This document shows positions 41,301 to 56,300 of a stretch of DNA of 64,000 nt, in pieces. Source of the DNA: Antedon mediterranea (lineage: Eukaryota; Animalia; Echinodermata); contig NC_092671.1 in NCBI RefSeq assembly GCF_964355755.1, positions 18,724,001 through 18,788,000 of the forward strand. The letters are read 5' to 3'. Numbering within the stretch: the stretch's first letter is position 1; every line of letters begins with the position of its first letter. Below the pieces are notes generated by a model. That model was not told where the DNA came from. It saw only the letters and a program-made list of their open reading frames with translations, and did not search any database. Made by a program: the position numbers and the translations under genes.

Positions 41301-44300
41301 TCTTGATGTCTCTATTGAAAGACAAACATTTTTTTTTAATGCCCCTTATAACCTAATATCTCTCCCGGAATTCTCATTCATAAACTCTCTCATCTCCATT
41401 TACTCTAAATAACCAATGTTTTAAAGTCCCATTTTAGCCATTTCTTGGAAGATGTTGATTTACTGTTGTGTTTCCTACACTGTATTTCAGGCTGTTTTTG
41501 TTTTGTAACTTCACAGGTGTTAGCTTAGCTAAATGTACTTCAATTTTAATTTTACTTTTGTTTATACTGTAATCGTATCAGATGTAGACATATCATTTGT
41601 TTTTTTATGATTTATAGCAATAATAGCACTAACCCAAAACTTTTTCTTCAATCAAAACCGGATGACTGATACACAGTCACAGTTTGAGCTGGTAACCTTT
41701 TAACTACAGCTCTCCAGTTATTCAGCCATGTTAGAACAACAATTAATTGCGAAAAATGTGATTTTAGACAAATTTCTTTGTGATGGCCATTTTCTCTATG
41801 TCACAATCAGTTTATAGAGACGTCATTGCAATTGAAGACACCAAGCATGGTCTGTTCTGTACTACCATGTTTTGCTGAAAACAAACATTCACTATTTTGT
41901 TCTCTCTTTTTAGACCGGTAGAACTCCTAATAAGAATGTATTAATACCGAGTAATTACTGGAACGATTTGATAAATTGTCTCCTTTCTTCTATTTAGTAT
42001 CCTGACACACCCAACAGGAGCTACCCAGAACACCAGGCTGCCTTAAGCAAAGCTGCACAAGGACTCAATGTGTCTTCTAGCAAACTAGTGACAGCAACTC
42101 GTGGTTCTCCAACTCAACTCTCAACTGCTTCCATTGAATTCACACACGATTTCAGAGATATGATGGATGCTGGCATGGGAATGGCTCGTGCCGCACCAGT
42201 AAGTGTTTGATAATATTTCATATCTGTCAGATTCACATTGATAGAATAATCTTCTAAAATAATTTACTGTTTATATTGAATATGTTGCAGTAGAATCCAT
42301 ATAGGTGTGTCCCCTGAATAGGTGTGTCCCCTGAATAGGTGTGTCCCCTGAATAGATGTATACCCTGTATATCTTTTCTCTTTCTGATAACATTTTAAAA
42401 ATAGAACCCCCATTAAGGGGAAGTCTCCCCTGAATATTATTAATGTCTGACATTTTAGACCATTTTCCAATGTCTTGTTTTTGGAGAGTTTAAAATATAT
42501 TGTTTAATTTCTTATTAAGAGCAAAGAAGCGCAGTCTAAGATGGTGACCAGCTTAAAGACCATCTCAGTATCATCTAGTAAGCTACTGTTGTCTGTTAAA
42601 TCAATGTCAATTGATCCTGGTGCAGCCAATGCTAAGAACCAACTAGCAGCTGCTGCCAAGTAAGTAAACATACTGCATACTGATAGGAAATTATAGATAG
42701 ACTGTCAGTTTAGAATTTGGAACTTAACTATATTAAATAGGTCTATATAAAACCAATATTGTTTAGCCATAAAAACTTTCCAAATTCTACTTTTGGTGCC
42801 TCACCTAGGCTTAGATTTGGCAAGAAAAACAGCCGTCTATGTTTTATTGATTTTGCCTAGACTTAGCCAATCAAAATAAAAGGCTGTTGTCTACCCTTTA
42901 TATTTGACCTTTGTAATACAAAAAAGATTATAATTTAAGCTACATAGGCTAGACTAGAATTTAACATTTAACTAAAACTTCAACTTCATTTTATTCCAAT
43001 ACATTAAAATAATATAATATTAGATTAATTAATATTGAACTTCTGGAAGGAACCGGAAAATAGTGTGATCACTATTGTATACTATAACATAAAAGAATAA
43101 CAGCATGTGTTACATTATTACACTTTTTTATTGGGAGAGTTGACTACATTACAAATTCATTTTATAGGGCTGTTACAGAAGCTATTAATGATTTAATAAA
43201 CACGTTCATGCAGGCCGCTCCAGGTCAACAAGAGTGTGATAACGCATTACGTAAGATAGCAACAGTTAAAAGCATTATGGATGATGTCAGTGGCCCAATA
43301 AATGATGCATCATACTTTGAATGTTTGGATACCGTAATTGCTAAATCGAAGGTATTGTTGCACATTATGTTTAGGACTCCCATTAAAATTAAATCCATTT
43401 AAAGGCCTTTTTTGTAGCCTGGTTAAACCATTGAGCTTCTGTAGATTAACTAAAAGACTCAAATGTTATTGCAGTTTAAAATGTGATTCTTCATTTGATG
43501 CGTCAGTCACGCACTATGTCTATGTTACAAGCGTGTAGATCAAGAATATTCTAAAAATGATTTTGGTAAAACTCTAGATAATTATTCATTTCATGATCAT
43601 TTTTATAAAAAGTCTACTGTACTTTAATAAAAATATGTGTTTGGATTTTTGTGTTCTTATCTAAAACTTTGATTATTTTTAATTTTCTATAATAAATAAT
43701 ATTTGAACTACGAAGCCATTTTTACTTGTCATCCTTACGGTCGGAATCACTTAGCGACTCTATCGTAGTTGTAGTATCTATGGAATGAACACATATTGTG
43801 CCTATACCACCTATGTTTATGTTAAATCATTTTCTTGAAAGTAGTACCATTTTTGCTTGGCCTTCTTTTTAGAAATTGGGATATAGATTACCATTCTTTA
43901 CCGTTCTATAAAATTGTTTAGAATTGAAATCTACAACAACAATGTCCTGTTGTTGAAAACAGACAGTGTGTGTGTTCGTTTTTCTTATCTTATTTCTTAA
44001 TTTCAGGCTCTTGGTGGAAGTATGGCAGGTATCACCAGAAACGCTAAAGATGGACAATTAGAAGAATTTGGTAAGAGTGTTCAAAGTGCTGGAGATGCTG
44101 TTTGTGGATTGGCAGAAGCCGCAGCCCAGGTAATCATAACCACCGTTCTGGCCTTCTAATTACTGAAATTATTGTCATACTTTAATGAATAAAAACTACT
44201 TAACTAAAAAAAATGTAATGTTGTGATTATTTTTTAATTATGGCAATAAATGTTATAGCAGTATTAAAAGCTTCCAATTTGATTATTTAACTGTACTAGC

Positions 44301-47300
44301 AGTTCCCTGTACAAGTGATGGGTACCTACAATTGACAGGCACCATCAATTGATGAATTCCTGATGACCTCTTTGTCGACCTGATTGTGAAATTGTTATAA
44401 AAAGCACATTCTTTGCAGTCCTAACATAGCCGAATGGCTGAAGAGAAATAAAAAGTTCCCTATCTCAAATGCTGTGGGTTTTGGTCATGCAGTTTAGGAG
44501 GATATTATAGGGTAAAAATGTTAGTAACTATTATAATATTGAACTGTATCAATTTGTTGTTTTTTTTAAACTAGTCAGCATATCTGGTTGGTATATCAGA
44601 TCCTTCAAGTGTTGCTGGACGTCCTGGTCTTGTTGATCAAACTCAATTCGCACGAGCCTATGAGGCCATCCAGGGAGCCTGTAACAGTCTGCTCAACCCA
44701 ACAAGTAATCAACAACAGGTCAGTGGTCTCTGAATGAACAAATAACTGTTATTGTACTTAATTATATATTCATTTTATATATTAATTATTATAATATACA
44801 AATAATGAATGTTTATGAGTTGAAATATTGAGGCAGAGTCGAGTTAAAAATAGAGCAGTTATTTGTTTGTTAGTTCATTTTTATACTGGGTGACCTCTTC
44901 AGTCACAGACTGATCTCCCAGAGGGCCCAGTTGGTGATCAGTGGCTGTGATGTACTAATACACCGGGGTAACCCCCTACTCGTCTCGAAAGATGTACTAG
45001 GTTCTTTAAAGTGCACACGAGCTAGTTGTGTACACTTGACCTACGGTTTATAGTCCTTATCCGAGAAGACTCGTTCTACCACCAGAACCATGGAGTGAGT
45101 GAGCCTCGAACCCTTGCCGATATTATGGCTACGTAATTACGGTTCCACTGTCTTAACCGCTTGGCCACTCACTCAGTCAATTTCATCAAATGAAATATTC
45201 TCTCAATTCAATAAATGTCGTCCTTGTCGTGTTTGTATCGTCGTACATGTCCGTCCCTTTCTGTCAGTAGCTGACCTTCACCTTATGCTTATTATTATTA
45301 TTATTTTTTACCCTACTTTATTCTTTCTGGTGGATCCAGGCTTAAAGCCCCTTGGGGTTTAAGTCATATATACTTTATTTCATCATTGCCAGTAATGTAT
45401 CCAGTGATGATTGTGTCATCTGCATATTTTACTATACAACATTCATTTGAATTGGCTCTGAAACTGCTGGTGAACAGTGAAAACAACATTGGGGAGATAA
45501 CAGACCCTTGTGGCGTGCCAATGCTAACAGTTCTTTTATCAGATAAAATACCGTTTAGTTTAACATACTGGAACCTTTAAGAAATTATATATCCATGAAG
45601 TCAATGTGTCGTTTACGTTCATTTCTTTAAGTTTGCGTACTAATGAACCAGGTTCAACGTTATTAAAAGCACTAGAAAAATCTATATACAAACACCTTAC
45701 ATGATTTAGGCACATCTAAATGTTGGTAAATATTGTGTAAGTGGAAGAGCACAGCATCTTCAACACTTCTATTACTTTGATAGGCAAATTGGAGAGGATC
45801 GAGAAAAAATTTGGTCTGATCAAGCAACTGCCTGAGTACAATCTTTTCTAGGCACTTACCAACATTGGATGTGATAGCTTATTGACCTATAGTCATTAAG
45901 TTCCTTGGGATTTTTTATCTTAGGAATTGGTGAGATACAGGCCGTTTTCCATTGATTGGGCACTGTACCACTAAACTCTCATTAAAAAGTTTGGTATATA
46001 TCGGTGCCAACTCTTGGTTGCAGTATTTAATAACACGATTTCCAATTCCATCAGGGCCAGTACTTTTACCAGGCTTTACTTTGGCGAATACATTACGCAC
46101 ATCAACTACATTTATGACTGCATTGTTTACTAATGAAGTCTCATTTTCGCGGATTACTGTTTCTTCATTGTCATTTTTGGTAATTCTATATCCGGCGTAC
46201 AGAGTTGTTCACGTACCCTCCAGTTACTACACCATGCTTTATTTATATAAAAACATACTCCTCCTCGTTTTTTTCCCGACTCTACAGTTCTATCCGCTCT
46301 AGCTAATTCAAAATTACTTAGTACTAGTTCGCTGTCAATAATATTATTATTAAGCCATGTCTCTGTGAAACACATCACTGAGACTTCTCTGTATTCAAAC
46401 ATATGTTTAGAACATGCTCGGAGTTTTCGTCGATTTTATTTGACAGAGATCTCACATTTCCTAAAATCATCGATGGAAGTGGAGGTTTAGACTTACGTTT
46501 TCTAAGGCGCTTTCGAATACCTCCACCTTTACCTCTTTTCCTTAACTTGACTTCCCGTGGAAACTGACAATAGCCTTCAGGTTTCGGGCTATCGTGACGC
46601 CTGAGCCGCAACAGTTCATTCCTGGCGTAGGATATTGCAATTGATACAGGCCTACTAGGCCTAGACATATTTGATACAGAAATCGGCGTGTACAAACAAC
46701 TCAGAAAAAGACAGAAAAAACATCTATAGAAACGTACAGACAGAAAAGTATATATATAATGGGTGCATAAAGTGAGAAAGAGAACAATCTTATAGACAAA
46801 TTTGCCAGAATTCTGGTCGCCACAGTGCAGCACCATGGTATTCTCCAGGCATAATGCAACTTTTTTTTTACTTAATTTCCAACCAGTTGTATCTATTATA
46901 TTTTTTGTCATGTGTTTGCATTATGTGAATAAATTTGAACTTGAACTTGAATGAATACAAAACATTCATAATTATTTTTATAACATACCTACTTTTACCA
47001 TCTATTTTTTAAGAATCAAGGTCAATGTAAACATTAAAGATTACTGTTAAATTATTTTAGTATTCTCTACTAAAAATTATTCTTTATGTATGTAACATAT
47101 AGAAGTTATATTTTGTTTTGATCATAATTGTGTGAGATTACGTTGTTGTGTCAGGTGTTGTCTGCCGCAACTGAGGTCGCCAAACACACATCTGCACTCT
47201 GTAATATTTGTCGTCTGGCATCGTCCAAGACTAGCAATCCAGTTGCCAAGAAACACTTCGTCCAATCAGCAAAAGATGTTGCTAATAATACTGCCAATTT

Positions 47301-50300
47301 AGTCAAGAGTATTAAGGTGAGTTAGTTCTTAACTATTCAATGATGACACTTATTGCATTAGACAATTGGTTTCTGGTTAAATGTATCTAATTTTTTAATT
47401 TATTTATTTATTTTTATGTTGGGGCGGTCATTACATCATTTCCCTATAGTGGTAAATACTATAAAGATGTTGGATTGAAGATAAACAATTCTTGTAATAA
47501 CATGTTTTACCTCAATAAATAGATTTATCTTTTTGTTGGTTTGCAACAAATAATTCTTTTCAAAAACTTGTTTTGTTTTTTTAGGCCCTAGATGGGAACT
47601 TTAGTGAGGATAACAGGCAGAAGTGCGTTGCCAGTACTAAGCCATTACTGGAAGCAGTTGATGGATTGGTCACATTTGCTTCATCACCAGAATTTGCTAG
47701 TGTTCCAGCAGAAATTACTCCTCAGGTACTAAAAATGGATTTTTGTTTTATAAATTCTTTAATAAGTTTTTAAAGATATTATTCATTTCAATAAGACTTC
47801 ATAAAGTGAAATTTCACAATGAGGAATTTGATGAACATGTAAAAAGTTATTTATTTTAACAATATTTTACGAGGGTGGTCCATCCAGCCGAAGCTGATCA
47901 TTAGGGGCCCTCACAAAAATGCAAGTTGACAAAACATTAACATACAAATATTAATGATTGTATAAAATTTATAAAAAATAATGAAAGAAAATAATGAAGA
48001 AAAAAAATTATATCAATTGATTGCAAGTCCATCTTTTTTTTTTTCAAGATCTTTGCCATTCAAAAACTATTTAAAGAATTTAGAAAATATAAATTTATTT
48101 AATTTAAAACATGACATAAGAACTTTTAAAAGTTGTGTGGGTGTGATTGATAGACAGCCATAATCTGACCATTTTAATGCCAATTAGATACACATTTATC
48201 CAGGCTTCTGCAAAATGTCATATCTCACTTATCTCTCCAACAATATAGATATGCACGTTTTTGTTATGAACTGTTATGCTTCTACTAGCAGACTTTCTCA
48301 CAGTATTAATAATCTATATCTGTAATAGTACAATGCCTTTAATAGGCTACAATAATGCACCATGGTCTATTATGGGCATATATCATATATTAAAACAGTA
48401 TTATTTCCCTATTTGCTTTTAATGATGCTTTAGGTTGGTGACTAATTGTTTCAATCTCAAAGCTCCTGCTTTGTCACCCTTGTGCTGCAGCCGAATATAT
48501 ATTAACGAATATGCCGTATGATTTTCGAGAAATTCTGCTATTAAAAATGTACATATGAATGGTATAAAAGACATTTAGGACCTAAAAACAAGTGTTTTGG
48601 GAAAGCCCTCAGTTTTCAGAGAGTCTGGTATTTGGAGATTCAACAGTATATCACATTTCTGTCATTTCATTTTCATTTATTTTACTTTATTATGCAAAAT
48701 ATAAAAAGAATAAAACAAAATAAAAATGTAGAGCAATGAGGCATTTTCCTAATTTTTAAAAAAAATAAGCTAATTTCATTTTTAAAAGTAAATATATTTT
48801 TTCTCACAAATTTGCTTAATTTGGAAACTTTTTTTTTAACTAGGCTAGAGAGGCAATGGAGCCAATCATCACTGCAGGAAAGATGATGATAGCAAGCTCA
48901 AGTGCTTTGATTCAAACTGCCAAGCCATTGGCTGCAAATCCCAAAGATCCGCCCACTTGGCAGCTTCTGGCCAATCATTCAAAGAATGTCTCAGATTCTA
49001 TCAAGAAACTTGTTGCTTCCATCAGGTATTTTAATTTATTTTAGATGGTTTTTATCCTCATAAAATTGCTTATTCATCATAATTAATGTTATTAAGGGCA
49101 CCCCTAGGGAACCCAAAAAAATATTGCACTATATTTGTTTCATGGGAAAGTGTCCCCTTTAGTGGTGTCCTAAATGTTTCTAACTCTACTATATATTTTA
49201 AAATATGAGAAATTTATTTGGTAATTCAGTGTTTTAATTCACGTTTTTTGATTTATTAAATTTGATATCAATATTAGGTATATTTCAAGGTATATTCATA
49301 ATTTAATAATAATATTACAATAATATTGTTCAAGCAAAGTACTGTAATACAATCATCATAATTTTATTTTGTTTATTTTGGAGTATAGTCATCACAATCA
49401 GTAGGAACTATAACATTCCACATTTCATAAAAGTATAAAATTTCATCAAAATAGATTTTTTTTCCATATAATAATAATATCCTGGATTTAAATAGCGCCT
49501 AATGTAATGAAACCTCTAAGCGCTGAACATTATTACCCCAGTCATTTTTTGGGATCAAACACGTATGGAAACATACTTCCATAATGCAGCTAGTAATCAG
49601 CGCAAAGTTGTGTCTTGATCTAACCGGGTACCCATTTATACACCTGGGTGGAGAGAGGCAAACGTAAGTAAAGTATCTTGCCTACAGATACAAGCAATGC
49701 GGCAAGAGTTGGATTCAAACCTCGGTCTCACGATCAGTAGTCCAACGTCCAACACACTGTTCCACACGCCCTCACATATTAAAAAAAAAGATATTTTTTA
49801 AGTACGAAGATTTAATTTTTTTGTTTGTTTAATGTTGCTTTTTTTAGAGGTTCCACACAGTATTCTTCGTAAGCATAGTTATTTAAACAATTTGATGCTT
49901 TAACATTTTCAGTTATTGGTTTTCTTTTTATTTTAAACTTTCTACATTATGATTTGTTGGTTGACTACAATGGGTATGTTTCGATGCTGCTTTCCAATTT
50001 AATTGACATTCAATGGGTATTAAAAACTAAAACCAATTTTAATATTTAACCAGGGAGTTGTAATTACAACTCCCTGATTTAACTACAATCTTATATACTT
50101 ATTTAAATATAATACTTGTTCTATGCTTCATAATAAATGTTTAGGCCTGCAAATAATTATATAAGTATACTAATTTAAGATAACCTAAATATGCATAATG
50201 ATAACCATTATGTTAAATTCTACAACCATTTTAGCAGTGGTCTTGTTGTCTATACTTTATATTGGTGTTTCCCTCACGCATATCAAATGCTTAAACAAAC

Positions 50301-53300
50301 AAGAGCAATTACGCAACCAACATTTATGAATAAGCCCAGTTCATGACATAATAAAATGATGCCCCGCTATATGCCTAGCTAAGTAACAAGCTGCAATTGA
50401 AACTGTTACTTGGCCAGAAGAATGTATATAAACCATTTGCAGAATGTATTGTTTGTTGACACTGGCGACACAACAAATATTGAAAGATACAGTCAAGTAT
50501 ATTATACACAATTCACCATATAAACAAATCACAAACTTTTCTAAAGGCTTTGTGACAACACTACATCATCAACCTCTTAATCTTATTTATCTCAATTTTT
50601 ATTTTTCATCTCATTACTTGTTTGTGGTCTTTTAAGTTTTATAGTTGGGTAACTAAATTGTTTTCCTGTGGTAATTCTTTTCCTCCCCTCACTTGTATAA
50701 CCTTGTGCATTTAAACGATAACATTAATTTCTTAGTAGACCAAGCAGGTTTCGTACAAAATTAGAATCCATGCAATTATTATAACCAATGTACAGTAAAC
50801 ATGCTTGTTGTAATGAATTCCTCATGAATGAAAACCTCTTTATTCTAATGAGTTCATAACCTATTCCTATACCCTAATTTAAGTTATAATATCTTTTCCA
50901 TTGGGTCTCATTGATATAGAATTGTTTATAAAAATATTTAATATGATAGATATAGACTTCTTATTTTATAAGCTGTATGTAAAACCATATGTTGAATGCG
51001 TATCTTCTTTCTTTATACATTGCTATAAATAGGTTTATTATACTTCTTTTACTAAGAATTTATAATCATTAGAACTTTCTTTATACTGTAGTATAATTTT
51101 TGTACGTCACATAATTGGTGAACTAAGTGGTTTTTGTATTATGTTCGGTTCAATCTAATGATCACCAGCTCCCATTCTTTTCAGTGTTAAGGTCAATTAA
51201 TAGTAACAGATTTCATTATCATCACTATCTTCTTCACCATCTTCACTGTCATTTTTATCATCCTTCATTGTTATCTGTTTTTTCCTCACTCCACATTCAT
51301 TGTCATCCATCATTTTTGTCATCCTACATTGTAATCAGCATCATCATTATTGATATTCCCAAATTATTTCATATATTTTCTTATCAGCATTGTATCCAGC
51401 AGAACCGCATTGCTTTCTTATTCAAACATGGCATTTGTGGTCAATTGATAAATCAATATAACAGTAATAATAGAGTTTATGCAAATCGCTTGCTTTTCTA
51501 TTGACTATAAAACCGCTAAATATGAAAACATTTTTAGGGTACTAGTTTTCCATTTTAAGAGGACATGCACTACTTGGGTGTGGTTTTTTATTTTTTTATA
51601 TTTTAAATACATTTTTTCCATAATAAATGATATCACTATGCATAGTGATCAGATCAATTTTTTTTTTTGGTTGTCAGGGATCGTGCTCCAGGTCAACATG
51701 AATGTGATCAGGCAATTGAACGAATTAACCAGGATATCCGTGATCTAGATCAGGCTTCACTGGCTGCCATCAGTCAAAGCTTGGCACCAGTTGATGATAA
51801 TAATTTACAGGTAAGTTGTCAATTCCCACCCTGGATCTACCTTTGGGATGATCATTATTCTTGTGTTACAGGGTTTTTCTTTTGAGACATGCGAGTGTGA
51901 TCACATATCGTGAGTGTGATCACATATCACTCGTAACAGGCCCTTGATGTGTTAACAGTATACACCTGAATGTGTTGAGTAAGAATTTGTAACACACCTG
52001 AAAAAGGCCTGATGTTGATGGTCAATGTACAAAGCATATCACATATCATCGACATGGCATGTCTAAAATGTATGTATTTTTACTATTAATAAAAGGTGAT
52101 TTTTGATCATTGATATTTGCTGGCTACTCAGGGAACAGTCAAATTCATCTGTCTATTTATCATTTCTATCGCTTATGTGTGGCCTTTTACCATTCTATTT
52201 AACATTGAAACCATGCACATCATAGTTTTATTGGAAGTGGTAAAAGAGAGGTTTTTCCTCCGATCTCACAGTCACCTACGCCGGTTGAAACTGTAATTCC
52301 TAGGTTAACTGTTTTCAGGATTAACAGTTAATGCATGTTGGCCTGTTACAGAAAAAATCCCCCTTACATAGTTTTTCTAATTGTTGTCTTTGATCTGTAC
52401 TCAGGGCTACACTGAACAAATGGCTAACAGTGCTGACTTTATAAAAGATAGTATTAGTAAGGTTGCTGAAGCTGGCAAAGGTCAAGCTGAAAAATTGGGT
52501 CATGAGGTATGTACAAATGTTAATAAAAATTAGTAGCAATTTTGATAGTTTCCAATACAATATCTCATTCATTCATTAGGTATCCTTCAGTCAAAAATGA
52601 CTATGGGAATTTTGGAGAGCCATTGCATTTAACAAAGTTTGATTGAACTGTCCAAATATTTCTGGGCAAAGAAGTCCAATCATTTGGAAACTCCGCTCTA
52701 CAATACTAGTAGAACCTGTCATTTTATTATATTGATGGACAAAATAAACTTTATTGAAGTTAAAATTATAGATATTTTCTGTCAATCAGTTTAATAACAC
52801 TACAGAAAGAATTTGAATCCTGCTAAGTTATCATGATAGAAAACACATGGATTTTATTTTGGTAGTATCTTTAAAATCACATTGAACCAATTGACATGAG
52901 TTGCAAACAGAAATTTGTCAATTTACTCTACACTTTTCTTTGTTTACAGGTATTGACAATGGCTAATTACTTTGACCCACTTACTCAAAACTCAATAGGA
53001 GCAGCTTCCAAATGTGTTAATTCTCAACAACAGATGGCACTTTTAGATCAGACAAAGACCGTAGCTGAATGTGCTCTACAACTTTTGTATGCTGCCAGAG
53101 AGGGTGGTGGAAATCCAAAGGTATTTTATCATTTCAAATTATTATCCCACATTTTACTGGCCTAAACTATTATTAAAATTACAGAATATTATCTAGGTCA
53201 GAGATCATATTTCATATATGTTCAGCAAAAAAATCATCATAACATTGTTATCGTTTCCATTTTGCGAAGTCAGTTTTCTAAATTGCCTAAGCAATTATTT

Positions 53301-56300
53301 GGATGTATTTTTTTGCTTTAAATCTTGGATCAAAATCCATTCCAAAAGATAAATATAAGTGATTTGATAAATAATGAATTTTTCACATAAGAATTTCTTG
53401 AAATATCTAACAAAAAGATTAATAAATGGCAATCTGTGAACCATGTGGTAGAAATAGTTACAAAAGATATCCCAGAGAAGTTTTTACTTTCAAGTTTTTG
53501 TTTCAAGTACATTAAAAACCGTAAATTACAATAAACACAATAGATGACAACCCAATTAATCCTTATACAGAAGAAATTGTTTCCATTGGGGTCTTAAAAA
53601 GTGTGTGAATATTTTAAGACGGACTGAGGTTCATTTATTTGAATACAAGTTTAATACAAAGAGACTACATACCAGAATCTCAGTTATAAATATTAACATT
53701 TGTGATCATTGTACAAACTGAGATCAAATTCAAGATTGTTTTTTTCAATCATGACTCTTTTTTTATTTTTAATTTATCTTCTTTTATTAAACATAATATT
53801 TGTATCAATTGGTGAGTACAATAATGTTTGTTGATTTGCAGGCTAGACACACTCATAGTGCCATTGAAGAGTCCGCAGAAGGAATGAAGGAAGCAGTTGA
53901 TGATCTTAACAACACTCTGGAGGATGCTGCCAGTCAATTTGGCATGGTGGCTGGAATGATGGAAACTATTTCTAAAGCTATCATTGTTGTGAGTTTCATT
54001 ATTTCTCAATTGGTTAAAAAAAGGGGGGTCAAAAATTATATTATTATAATCAGTATATATATTTTTTTGCAGTGAGTCGTATATTTAAATTGAACCATTG
54101 TACAAAAAGTATCCAAGTGTAAAAAGCAAATTTCACTTCATTTTTTGTAATGGCTATGTCTACATGTTTGATAGGTATTGTGTCTGTGAACCTCTTGATG
54201 TCATGATTTAATATCAGACCAAGGATTGCAACAATGTTTACACACATCAATACATGGCAGTAGCATACTCACCTTAATTCTAAATGTTTTTTTTATCTAG
54301 ACTGATGATAATATAACAGAGATGGATGGTGATTTTGTTGATTACCAAACTAGTATGGTGAAAAGCTGTAAAGCAATCATCAAAACTGCTCAGGACATGG
54401 TAAAAAATGTTTACTTAACTGTAATTAGATTCAGTATATTAGTGTAACCCTCTAAATATAGTGGACCGGTTCATGAGGTCATATGTAGGTCAACAAAAAG
54501 GTATATGATATAAAAAAACATACATATAATGATAGTAAAGCATATAAAAAAAATTAACAATTTACTATATGATCGTAGTACAATGGTTTTAGAATTTCGA
54601 AATCTGTACAATTCCATGTTTTGGTAACATTCCCCAAGATCTCAGCAGAAGACACATTGCAGATTTTGACAAAGTTTAAGAAATAAAAGAGTTCAATAAT
54701 TTTATCCAAACAGATATTATTATATACATCCTTTATTTTTCTGTTTGAGTCAAAAAAAAAAATAATATAATATTTTTATTTTCTTTTGTATAGGTTGGTA
54801 AATCCAACAGTGATGTAGGCGAATTAGGCACTTTAGCTAATTCACTCTCTCATGAATATGCAAATTTGGCTCATGAGTCTCGTGGTGCTCGTTCTAATGC
54901 ATCTCCAGAGGTTTGTAAAGTAGCATTATTTATATATAATCATTTAATTTTGCAAATAGACTATTTTAAGTATACTTTGTATAGTGAAACCCTCATTAAG
55001 GAGACACCTAGGGGACACAGCAACATGTTTGTTTAATAGGAGTGTCCCCTAAATAGTGTTAAAAGATGTACTGTATTGCCTGTCGTTTGGTCTACAAGAA
55101 AGGTATCCCTGAATATTGGTGTCCCATAAGGATGGGTTATTAATGCCCAGACCAAAGGCTCTGACAACATATTGACATTTTTAATTGAAGGCATTCAATT
55201 TCATTAGGCCTAGTTAAACAACTAGACCACAAATTAGCCAATATCTATTTGTATTTTTCAAGTTAGTTTGTCATAAAGTTTTCCAGTCTGTAGAACCCAT
55301 ATACAGGGGACACCATCCAAATCTAACAGAATGTGCCCATAGAGGTTGGCTAGAATGTTTGTTTTACAGAAATTAGTCCCTTCTAAATTGTTTAATTCCT
55401 TTAGTGTTATATTGAAAACATATTAAAAAAAAAAATTTATTTTAAATTTGTTTAGGTTGGACAAAGAATTAAATCCAGTGTTCAAGATCTTGGACGGGCT
55501 TCCGTGGATCTAGTCAAGAATGGTGGAATGGTCCAAGGAAACCCTACCGATTCACTTGCCAAACGAGAGTTAGTAGACAGTGCCAGGAGTGTCTCAGAAA
55601 AGGTACTATAAAAATACTTGGGGATAGCCTAACAATACAGATATAAAGGGTTCTACGTTATTTTTTATATATTGTATGTTGTAAATATGTATGTATCTTA
55701 TTTTTTTTAAAGAGGGCCCTGGATATCAATTATCCTACTGGGCTAAATTTCCCTCTTTAAAGATATTTGAAAAAAACAAAAACCGTCCATACCTACAATA
55801 AGCACACAACAATTAAAAGAGTACTTTTTTTCATTTTGAACTTTGTGTGAATTAAAAATTAGTGACTTAGTCACTCATAATCTGAGCAACTTTTGGTATT
55901 TCCTATTTCCTGTCTAACACAATAATTATTTTGTGATTTCATAAATATAATTTGTACATACCTTAATAGGCAAACACTGTAATGGCAGCACTTACTGCTG
56001 GTTCCCGTGGAACCCAGGCTTGTATCAATGCGTACAGTACTGTTTCTGGTATTATTGGTGATCTGGACACCACCATCATGTTTGCCACAGCTGGCACCCT
56101 CAATGCTGAGCCAGACGGCACTACATTTGCTGATCACAGGTTGGATTTTAATATAGTCATTTATTTTTTTTTATATTGCTGAAAATGATCTATATTTAGT
56201 TTTAGACAGCGTTTACCGTACTGACGCGAGTATAAGCCCACCCCCCTTGAACATGAAATCACGTCAAGTTTGGGGGGTGGGCTTATACCCGAGGATCCAA

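Noticed and set aside
45952-46302. Plus-strand 116-aa ORF
   Set aside because: Antisense shadow of the LINE ORF
51127-51504. His-rich 125-aa ORF
   Set aside because: Degenerate (cat)n low-complexity intronic DNA, no recognisable domain
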